Position numbers and translations under genes: made by a program
Assembly (NCBI GenBank): GCA_026914245.1
Contig: CP110439.1
Span: forward strand, 1,798,001-1,862,000
DNA length: 64,000 nt
Reading direction: 5' to 3'
Origin: Puccinia triticina
Lineage: Eukaryota
Shown here: piece after piece, positions 8,711 through 20,000 of the stretch
How the letters are laid out: each line of letters starts with the position of its first letter
How positions within the stretch are numbered: the first letter of the stretch is position 1
Notes under the pieces: model-generated
Told to the model about the DNA's origin: nothing
The model's input: the letters and a program-made list of their open reading frames with translations, nothing else
Databases searched by the model: none

Positions 8711-10919
8711 ACCAGATAAGATCATGTCTTGGATGGAACACCTCAAGAACTACTTCGGCCGATATCCTTCTCACGTTCGGTGTGACAATGCCCCTGAATA
8801 TGTTCATGCTCTGAGGAAGAGACTTGACGTTGTTGGTGTGAAAACGGCGCCAAGTGCCCCCTACAATCCTCAACAGAATGGAGAAGCAGAAAGGCTGAAT
8901 CGAACGATTGGAGACATGGCACGAACCATGCTACATGAGAGCGAACTTCCGCGCAGGTTTTGGAGTTATGCCTGGTCGACAGCCGGCCACATCCACAATC
9001 GAATCCCCAACTCTAGAACTGGGGAGAAATCACCAATTGAAGCTTTCTACGGCATAAAACCGAATCCAGACGTCCTCTATCCCTTTGGTGCGAAAGCATT
9101 AATTCATATCCCAAATGAGCGCAGAAAGAAGTTGGATGAACGAGCTCAAGAGGCAGTCTTAATCGGTTACCCTGATGCTAGCGCTGGTTGGATATTCTTC
9201 TCATCACGAGAACATCGGGCGATTCACTCAACGGCTGCGATATTTCCGGATTTTCAAAACCTTCCTGTCAAGAAGCGTGCGCCAAAGAAGACTGACATCG
9301 ATTTTGTACTGAATCAGATTATGTTGAAGTTGGGCGAAGAAAAGACCGATGTAATTGCAGCTGAAGAGGCGAGACAATTAGCTCAACTAGACACCGGACC
9401 TGAGTTGGACTTACCAAAAACGATCAAGGCGGCACTTGCAGGATTGGACTCAGTTTTGTGGAAGGCGGCGGCGGAGTACGAGATGGATAAATTCGGTGAA
9501 TTGGACGTATGGGAGGCGGTGGACCCTTTCAAAGGAATGCGGGTATTGGGTGCACGTTGGGTGTTTTCAATAAAGCGGAAGCCTGATGGGACGATCGAGA
9601 AATTTAGGGCCAGATATGTCGCAAAAGGTTTCAACCAACGCCTTGGAGAAGATTGTAACGAAACCTACGCACCTACGGCGTCGCTCAATACGCTCAGATT
9701 GCTGATTTCCATGGCAAATAAGTTCGGACTACCCATGGCCACCTTTGATGTTAGTTCGGCATATCTGTACAGTCCAATCGAAGAGGACGTCTATGTTCAG
9801 CCTCCAATTGAAATTTTCCCACATCTAAAAGGGAAAGTGATGAAGCTTAAAAAGGCCCTCTATGGAACCAAGCAAGCGGCGAGGTGTTGGTGGAAATATT
9901 TCAAACTGACCGTTGAGAAACTTGGTTTTGAAGCCAGTGAAATAGAACCGTCACTATACCTATTCCGTAAGGGCGCCGGTTTCGTCATCATCTGGCTGCA
10001 CGTCGACGATGGTTTTGCGGTCGCGTTGGACAACGGTCTCCTTGAGCTCCTGCGAGATGGTATGATGAAGGACCTGGAGATAAAATGGTCGACAAAGGTT
10101 GAGCGTTTAGTCGGGATCAATATTGACAAAAGCGGTGATACTATATCCTTAAGCCAATCCCTGATGGCGAATAAAATCGTAGAAAAATACAACAGACCTT
10201 TTTTTGCCAAAACCAGTGCGCTTCCAGACGACCTCTTAGAATCTCACACCGGGGACCCAATCAATCCTACGGAATACCGTTCCGTCATCGGTTCGCTGAT
10301 GTACCTTTCAAGTGGAACTCAACCCGATTTGGCATACCCGGTAAATCTTTTGGCGCGTTTCAGTGCAAATCCTAGCGAGACTCACTGGAAGGCTCTTGAT
10401 TGCCTGATGGGGTATGTGAAGAGGACGGTGCGGAGGAATTTGTTATATCGTGGACAAGGGACGGATTTGCAGCTGTGGACGGATGCGAACTGGGGAGGCG
10501 AGCATGAAAGGTCAACAACTGGGTATGTGATGACTTATTGCGGTGATGTCATCGCTTGGGGATCTCGGCGACAGACGGTGGTAGCTCTTTCTACATGTGT
10601 GGCTGAATATCTGGCACTCTCGGAAGGATCACAGCAACTTGCTCATATCATGAATATCCTCGAGGACATCAAGCTTTATCCAGCAATTTCAATACATGTG
10701 GATAACGAGGCGGCGATCTTAATTGCAACGGACAATGCATCAAAGAAAAAAACAAAGTATTTACAAAGGGCTTTCTACTTTGTAAATGATTTGGTTCGGG
10801 CCAACAACATCAAACTGGAATGGACGAGTACGGTTAATCAGTTGGCGGATGTGTTGACGAAGAAGTTGGGACCGGCGAAGATGATTGAGGCGGCAATAAA
10901 ATTGGGTTTAATCGGTTAA
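8711..10919 (+). pseudogene. pol: Copia pol 3' segment (integrase, RT, RNase H)
   Basis: 731-aa ORF with Copia motifs, separated from its N-terminus by Gypsy-1. Confidence 0.92.
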
Positions 10920-10949
10920 TCGGGTGGTTTTTGCATTCGTGGGGGGGAG

Positions 10950-11494
10950 TGTTAGGACGGTTCATGCACTTATGCTAAAACCACGGTAGAATCATGTACT
11001 TACATACCATGTACATAGATTCTCTAACCTTGTCGGTGACAGGTCCAAACCTAGACCTGTCACTGCCGAGCCGGTACAGTCCCAGCTCTCCCCGGTCCGA
11101 GCTCCTTTTCTCTTTCCTCACCGAGATAGGAGTATCGGATCCGACCCGTGGAGAGCTGACAGTCATCGGACTGTATCGTGCAGGTTAGTCCCTATGCTAA
11201 GCAATCAATCACCGAGATAGGAGTATCGGATCCGACCCGTGGAGAGCTGACAGTCATCGGACTGTATCGTGCAGATCCGTTTGACATTATCATACAGATG
11301 ATACCGATACCATTGACCGAGTACACAGGTCAAGACAGGTCTTGACTTCCGTTTTACGCACTGTATCCGGTTTGTCGATCTGACTATATCTTCTTGCGCT
11401 AGGCAACACACAACCCGAGTGATTACCCGAGTGGATTCTGGGTCTAATATATCGAAGCCTCTCGGGCGGAGGGTCCGCACGGGAGAGGCCTACA
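10950..11494 (+). repeat. Copia 3' LTR with internal 66-bp direct duplication
   Basis: Starts TGTTAGG right after the G-rich PPT and ends CCTACA (3' boundary inferred). Duplication at 11118-11183 and 11209-11274. Confidence 0.75.
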
Positions 11495-12919
11495 CATGAG
11501 AGAGTCCATGGCTGACTTTGAGATCAGCAGGCAAGCCATCCTCTTTGTGAAGTCAACAGCTGAGTTGCATAAGCAAGGCAAATCAGATATGTATTACTTT
11601 CCACTTTGGCTTCTCTTCCAAATCGCTAATCAAAAGAAAACACTAAGCCCATTTCTAAATTGCAACATGCTCGCATTTTTTGCTCCACACTCTCATCACC
11701 AGCGGCGCCTGGATACTTATTGCATTTTTGTCTGTGCCGCGGCGTCCCCCAAGGAGAGAATTACAAGAGTTAGGGCGTGACATTGCCTTCGGAGACGCTT
11801 CGCGCCTTCTCGGATTTAGTTAAGCTCGACCACCACCCTGACTGCCGGCCCACACAAATCACCATTAGAAGTACCCTGGAAAGTGACATGATGACTTGTC
11901 TACAATGAAAGAAATGGCAGCACTAGTATAGTCTGCTATCTGGTACAACTACGGCGTCACCAAAGTGTACAAAATATGGTGTATATTGATTCAAGGGAAC
12001 CAAAGCCTAAGGTGTCGAGTTGGGCTCTATTGGTTCTCTTTTCTGTCCCGAGTGATTCTGTAAGAGCACATCCATCGGATCGCTATCCCATGTTTCGCAA
12101 CTCGAGGCCAAAAACATCTCCCACCGCAGTCGCTATCTGCATGAGATCTCCGGTATTTCAGCCTTTTCATCATCTATCTTTATCCAGTTGTTACACCTAT
12201 GCAAGCACTGGGTGGAGACGACCGACCTGGAAATCACTAATCTTGTAGTCTCGGACCAATAAACAAGATCACTCCGAGAGCAGCTCTCTCCTCCTTCGAC
12301 CCCGCGGACCGGTCTATCGTAGCGGTCCGAGAGGATTTCTCTGTTTCTTCCTCTCCGACCGATACAACTGGATCGGTCCGAGAAAAAGGAAGAGGGGCTT
12401 TTTTGCCTCCTTCCTCGCGGACCGGCCTATCGCCTCAGCCGTGTAATATGACTTGCCCAGGGTCGTTGCTTTCTGATGTCATGAGCTTGGAGAGCAAAAT
12501 AATTTCATCAGCTGAGTACAAGTTACACCAGATGTTGGACGTTGGCCATCATACTCTCACAGATTAGCGCAATAAAATTTATGAATCATTTGTTTTTCAA
12601 TATCAAAATCACTGAGAGAGAGACAAGAATGGCGTGATTTTTTACTCATTTCAACGGGATATAATGATTGAAGCTACACAAATTTCAAGGGAACATATGA
12701 TAGAACAGTGATGGTACAAGGGACAACTTCAGTTGGATTTTAAAGAGAGCAGAACATGAAACCAAAATATGAAAGAGAGGCATGGTTGTCAAAGAGAGCA
12801 GAACAAAAAGCCAAAATATGAGGAGTGACATGGTGGATAAAGAGAGTAGAACAGAAAACCAGAATATAAAAGAGTGGTGTGGCGAATAAAATATTTCAAA
12901 GAGCTTCTGGGCCGTGTAT

Positions 12920-13668
12920 TCAAGTACCACTGCCATCTGAATCTTCAGTCTCAGCCAATTCCTTCAGTTGCTCAGGAAGGCTGGTCGGAGTGAAAACCAT
13001 TCCCCGCCGACGAAGAGACGATGTTGATGGCGGAGGACCATCGAGGGCTGAGGCTGGGTGGGTCAAAAGCTCGGGGCTTGGCGGGCGATCATCGGCTGGG
13101 CTGATGGCCATGCGGAGAAAACTGTGGGGCCGATGAAGTTGAATCTTCCATTTTGATGTCTTCCTTGGCCTGGAAGGCTGGCTCGGTTTGACCAGTTGGA
13201 CTCGAACATTCCTATAACGCAAACATCCAAACTGATTAAAATCTAGAAAAATTTATCGCGGAGGGTGGCCCCAGGAAAGGACCATAGAATTGCCAGGATT
13301 ACTTACGTCATCTGGAGCGAAGAGGATGGTGAGACTACCTCGTCAGTTTTGATGATGAGGAGAGTGCGTCCGACCCGAGTGTGGCCGGAATCAGAAGAGC
13401 AGACGGTTGGAGCCCTTTGGAAGGCGCGAGTCGAAGAAAGTGGGCCGTGGGTTGGCCCATTGCTGGGCGAGTTCAGTCGTTCAAGGCCGGCGGAATAGAG
13501 GTAGTAGTCCTGGTCGTCCGCGACGCGTACCTCATTCCCATCTGGCTTGGGAGCTTCCATCGAGGAGCGGAATTCTTCAAAGAGGTCCTCTGGCCTTCCG
13601 CAACAATGGAAGGATTCGTCTGAGTCCGAGTCCTCCTCCTCGCGCATCTTCCCCTTGAACAAAGGCAT
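12920..13668 (-). CDS. Two-exon hypothetical protein (Ser/Pro-rich, acidic N-terminus)
   Basis: ORF MPLFKGKMREEEDSDSDESFHCCG ends at a GTAAGT donor (~13306). It joins in frame through a TTATAG acceptor (~13213) to NVRVQL..DGSGT*. Confidence 0.45.
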
Positions 13669-16600
13669 TTTTTGGTATTCAAAAAGTATTTATGGATGTG
13701 GTGGAGCGGTAGAGAAGAAGTGGAAAACGGGTATGTATGGAGATAGCTATTGGAGATTCGTCGATTTTAGACTGCGCTGCTCCTCACCAGGGATGAAGTG
13801 GGGGGATTGAGTTTCCTCTGTGGGGGGGGGGCACTCGGGTTAAATAATAAACACAATGCGGCAGCGTCACACGCTGAGTGCTCAGCCTCTACTAAATCAA
13901 GAGCACATATCGTCGCGGTCTTTTAAGGTTTGAAAGGAAGACGCGTGCAAACACCTTAACGGCTGAGCCCTTTCTCCTGAGGAGACTTTTCCTCCCAGTA
14001 GGTGGCGGTGCTTCTGTCAATTTATGTGATCAAATATTGGTAGATTTATATCTTAAAAGTGTTTCATCCACCGCACCAAGTATTTCTATTTCTATAAACC
14101 TTAAGGAAATATTCTGCGTAGTAGGCATAGAAAGGCGTGTTGGACTAGTTATTTCAGGGTCATGCTCAAAATTGAGCATCAACATTGACCGATTTCACTA
14201 ATTGTTGAGCTTTTCGATCGAAATTTCCCCAGAAAATCTGCCCTACATCTACAATCCGGTTGTAATCCCGTTTGGGCACCTGAACATGCGTTTTGTAACT
14301 TGTGTTGCTGCGAACACTTGCTACTTGCCTTCATTTTCTTCGGCACATATTTGGATGCCAGGTAGTACTGCAGCTTTGTGGGCTCCAATTACCTCACTAG
14401 ATCTGGTAGCGTGTCTCCGCCGCGCAGACTAGGCCTGCGCATATGATCTTCATTGCGATACGAATTCCAAAAAGGAAAGTGAGTCCCTCTTGTGAAGGAG
14501 GAGGATGCCGTGACTAAATATCAAATTTCATCATGTTGATCTACTGAGGGTACTGTGAGTATCACGCCAGCTGACACGAACCTGGATGGTTGCCTGATCA
14601 ATCATAGTCCACACGGTCACGGTTTTCTTCATTTTGGCAAATGTTTACGTTGAGCAACTCACGACTCGAAAGAAAGAATCAAAGGGACCAGAACATGCGA
14701 ACTGAAGCAAGGAATTATAAGAAATGATAATAACTTGGACATTTACAAGTGTTTTCTGAGAATGTTCTGTTGCGATATTTATCGTCTGCAGAAACAGAGG
14801 GAACGAACCGCGTTCAAAAATTCACTTCAGTGACGACATCTACGACTTGGGTCAGTTAAGGCCTTGATGTGCATCAGATATATATGGGTTCATATGGGCA
14901 TGGTCCGCCCTGGGCTCAAAGTTAGTTGTTGCTACGCCTTTCTCAAGGCTGCCGCGTGCTTGAGTGATCAGCATAGTCGGCGTTCGCAAACAAACCATCC
15001 CACCCAAGCATCCCGGCATCATGCTTTGGCGAGCTTGCTCCGGCTGCAGTGGGCCCATCCCGCGCCCAATCACGCCAGGACCAGTGTCAGTCGCCAGCTT
15101 CTTGCACAATTCGCCTGGCTTTTTGTTTCGCTTACTCTCGGACCTTGAACCATCCAGGATGGCGTCGTCTCCCTCTTGTTCAGCTCGCTCTGGTCAAATA
15201 TCCGGGCGCGCTTCTTACGACCGACCCAGCAAGGTGTCACCGTGTCATGATATCTTGCAGGGAGGGCCGCGATTGGCAGTCTTGCACGGCCCACCGAGTG
15301 CCGGAAAAAAGGCGCTAGCGCGACGAGTTGCATCGTCAAAACGACCCGGTGTTACCCACTGAACTTCAATCTTCGTGACATGAAGGCCGGGACGATCGGT
15401 CACTTTATAAACGCGTTGACGAGAGACGCAATTGGGCGCACGGATGCTTGCGGATATCTGGTGTTATCTGTTCCGCGGGGCCAAGGGGTGGGCCGGTGGA
15501 AGCTCTTTTAATGGGACCGGCATAATCGACCCCGCCGAAGTCATGGAGCAGCTATTTTTAATGAACTGTCAAAACACCTCAAGTCGTCCACCGGTGTTAG
15601 TGGCAATGCAAATGCCTTGGCGACGAGGTACGTCTCTTGCTCATGACGGCGCGTTGAAATGAAGGCAATATCTATTGACAGCATGCCCTTCAAGGTCCGT
15701 GTGTTGCTCCATTTTCCACAAAAAGGAGAAAACAACACCTGTCATTTTTACATCATCCACATGGTTCTTTGAGAATTGGCTGCAAGAATGTGGGTCCACA
15801 TCTTTCTATTGAGCATTCAAAATTATCTATGTCTTATGGTGCTTCCCATTATATACCTAGGTGTTCATTTCCAGACCCTATTTGAGGCACGCAAATATGT
15901 TGGTTTATGAAATCATGATTTATGCATACCTAAACCAAATTTGAACATCATAATTCACACCACCCTTTGAAGCATTAGGCCTTCCTTCACCATTCAATTT
16001 TAGACAGAAGAAGTGCCCCCCAAGTACTCCAGTGTTACATTTTGTATGTTTCAGAATGACTAGGCAGATTATAGTAGTTTATGGTAAGGTCTGTCAGCCC
16101 AACAGATTTCAATTTATACCAAAAAGTTGTTGATTTTTGGTCAAAAGGGAAACAAATTCCTAACCCTGTGATTCATCATTTTCATGTGCACTGGTCATAG
16201 GTCTGATAGTTGTCACTAGAAACATATTGTAGTTTCCATGCATGTATGACCGTTCAAAGACATGGGATAGTGGCTTTCAAATAGTGGTTGTATTCTTCTT
16301 TTGAAGTATTCAGCGCAAATTTCATGAATTTTAGAGGAAAAGTCTGCCTTGTGGAGATGACAATTGAAAAATCATCACTATTATAGGAATGTGGATTGTT
16401 AAAGGGCGACGAAATGCTGCAGCTGTATTTTCAAGGGCCCCAAAAAAATTTCCACACAATCCCCTCTCATAATAAACTCTTTTCTCACTTTTTGTGGTGT
16501 TGTAACTACAACTCACAATGAGAGCTAAAGCAATGCATTTGACTGAACAGACAATGTTGCAAAGCTTCTCAGCCAATTCGCCGGCTCAGAATAAGGAAAG

Positions 16601-17004
16601 GACAAAGAAGGGTCACATCCCTGTCCAAGTAAGAAGAAAAAGTTATTTGTTGGAGAAAGAGAGAAAGTGTTTGAATGAACTATCTGGCAGATACTTCTTA
16701 ACAGAATTGATCATAACAATATCTGAACTGTCCTCAAGTCCTTATCTCTCAACTACCTCAACAACAAAAGAGGAAGCGGCCCAGATCTTGCTCTCAGGTA
16801 ACAGCCTGTTTCTGTTCTTCTTCTTTTAACATTTCTTAGTCTAGAAACAAAGTTGTATTTACACAAGAAAAATCATCTTAGTTCTCTGAAATCTTTCAAC
16901 TATGATTTGCCATCAACCTCTTGCCTATAAAAGGAGGCTTTGAGCCGTCCAATATATCCCCAACTTAGTTCACCCACACATCTCTGCTTTTGGAAGGTCC
17001 ACCT

Positions 17005-20000
17005 TGTGAAGCCGCCGGCTTACACTTCCTCTTAATGTAATACTCCCTCTCCTCTCTTGACCACTCTCGGTCATTCTTCTTCCCTTATATGCCGGCTTTG
17101 GCACTATCCCTTTCTTGCTTATGTGTTGAACTATAACTCTCTTACTGCCGCTCTCGGCTAAGACTCTGTATGTAGCCGTTCGCGGCATGCTCACATTATC
17201 ATCTCCACATAGTTATATCCTAAACCGTGTATATCAGTTGTCTATCGCGACCGGACTTCTCCAAGTCCGGCCACTCCTTTTGTATCCTCTTAAGACCTTA
17301 TAGAGCTCATCCGATGAGCCTCTCTTGTATTCTCTTTTGTCTCCTCTCGTCGAGCCGTTCCATCCCTCGGTCTATAAATAGACCCTTCCTCCCTGCAATG
17401 GAACACCAACTAAGTTCGCTCGCATATTTCCCGCTCTTGAAACCGGCGAGCATCACAGAAATATTTCTGTGAGTCAACCCTTTCTCTCATCTTAAAACTC
17501 TCCGTTCCCAAAAGACATCCATAGATTAGAGAAACCCTTATACTCACACCGATAAAAACTTCTTAGAAAATTTAAACCACCCCGACTCAAAACCTTTATC
17601 CTCTCTCCTACCGGCGTCGCGAACCGGTAAGTAATCTCTTAACAAAAAAAAAAAATCCCTCTCCGAAACAAAATCCAAAATAGCTATCCGTGGTCCAATA
17701 CAAGAATCATAAACATATATTTTATTTAAAGTACTTATACTACTTCTACCGTTGTTAGAACCGTTCCAATCAGATACCGTATCATATATCAGATAGCCGA
17801 GATGGACGCACCAATGATCAATGGCCAAATCCACGCGGCACAGATTGCCGCCCGGGAAGAAGTTATCAATAACCAACAGATGCAAATTCAACAACTACTG
17901 GCCGCAAATGCAAACAACAACCAGCGAGTCGATCGCGAGCCTTGCGAGCCACGACTGGACCCTGTCTCCGTGCAACTCCCCAACTTTGACGGAAAGGACA
18001 ATGTCGACGTTTGGATCAAAAAAATAGAATTCATTCTTACAGGTCGTGGACAACCCGAAGAGAAATGGACGTCGATGGTTGTGCCACACTTAAAAGACAG
18101 CGCCGAGGCCTTCTGGTATAACCTAGTCAGTGAGCTAAATGTAAACGAGATGCCCTGGGCAACCTTTACCCGTAAGTTGCGGGCTCAGTTTAACTATTCC
18201 CATAGCCAATACGACACTCGCGTCGAACTTCAGTCCCTCAGATATACTACAGCAGAAGACTATATTAACCGATTCACTAGACTAAGCATCAAATTACCCG
18301 CCAACACGATGACTGACGATGACAAGAAATTCTTGTTCACCTTCAATCTGCCAGGTCATCTTCGCGTCAAGGTATTGGGCGACAAGTGTGAAACGTTGGA
18401 CGATTTATTGCACTCACTCCGCGAACATGATAGATTAGCAAAAAGTAACTATCTTCGCGGAGGTTCCTCAAACTACGGTAACCAACGGGCCTTCACTCCA
18501 AGAAGCTTCACCCCTAGTCACCATCGGCGTTCCACCGGTAACAGCTTTTCCTTTCTGCGTAGAAACTCGGTGGCGCCGGCCACTCCGATGGACCTGGATG
18601 CTGTAAATGTAAGCAAAGCTCAATGTTATAACTGCAATAAAATCGGACACTTATCTAAGGACTGTCCTTTGCCGAGAAAAATAAAGTATAAAAATGATAA
18701 CAAAAAATCCAGACAAACTCTTAATCTGATCAATCTAGACGAACCGGATTCGAACAAAGAATCACCGCAAAACAATCTGTTTTTTATGGCTCCTGCCATA
18801 ACTCTTCCGGAACCTAGAAATCATATCAAGGAAGCCTTGGACAAAATCGCTCAAAACATTGAGAAAAAATTCGATGCGTCCATTGCGCGCATGAATCAAA
18901 TCCTATGGGATACGGTCGAGCGCGAGAAGGACTCGCAGCTGTTGTGCAGTAGGATCGAATCAACTCTGAATCCCCGGGCTCGACACTTCATCCCAGGCGC
19001 ATCGCGACATGGATTGACAAGGGAACTCGAATTGAACGCTCTGGTTACTGAAGCGGATGAACCGCTTAGAAAGCAAAAACATACAGATTCCATAGGACTA
19101 ACCCACAAAAGGCTGCGCACGACGGACACCAACCAGGTTGATTGGCTACAATTGGGTAGTGATCACGAGTCTTACGATTTCGAAGTGAGCTCTACATCGG
19201 ACAATTCTAGCATAATCTGGCTCGGTGACAGCCCACCTGAACTTGAGTTAAACGCACTCAACGATGGAGAACAATCCTTACCACGTTATGAATTTGGTAT
19301 AGGAGGAGTCGTATGCGACACTATTATCAACTCAGGAGCCGGGTCTATCTACCTAGACGTTGTAGTAGCTCGCGATCTATACGAACGAAAAGAGATCGAC
19401 ATTGTGCAGATAACTCCCCGGAATGTTAGACTAGCTAACGGACATGTAGAACAGGTCAAGTTGAAAGGCTGGTTCACTCTTTGCGTGGACAACAACCGAA
19501 TGGAGATCAAAGCCTTCCTTATCAACCTGCCCGAGATGGACCTAGTACTAGGCCTCCCTTGGCTGTGTCAGACGCGGGCAGTCCCAGACTACGACGATTT
19601 GTCGTACACATTCATAGACGCGAACAACAAGGTTGTCAATGTGCGCCCTTACAACGGCGACCATCGGCCGCGATTGGGTCTAAACTCTATGGCAGTGTTG
19701 ACTAGGACATTCGACAATGAATATCTGAAATTGGCGTACAAAACCGCACCCGAAACATTTAGGGTCGTGGTAGGACTCCCCAAAGACAAGGAATTTGAAC
19801 ACAATATCGATACTGGTATGGCAGGCGCTGTAAGATCCCACGGGCGTCCTTATTCACCTCCTGAACATCTGCTGATCGAACAGTTTGTCAAGGATGGACT
19901 AAAGGATGGTATAATCAGACCAAGTAAGTCGCCTTGGTCAGCTCCCATCATCTTGGTTAGGAAACCAGACGGGACGTCTAGAGCTTGCGTTGACTATTGC

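Larger units (their letters stand above)
1..11494 (+). mobile_element. Ty1/Copia LTR retrotransposon (5' part outside window), interrupted by Gypsy-1 at 506-8706
   Basis: GAG-pre-integrase/HHCC (WHICLGH..CDWC) and integrase start at 12-505. Integrase (RCDNAPEY, QQNGEAERLNRT), RT (KARYVAKGF-like, KALYG, WLHVDD) and RNase H (WTDANWG, DNEAA, QLADVLTK) follow at 8711-10919 in IN-RT-RH order. PPT at 10941-10949, 3' LTR at 10950-11494. Confidence 0.93.

Noticed and set aside
14850..15700. GC-rich overlapping ORFs
   Set aside because: No recognisable motif or consistent gene model.
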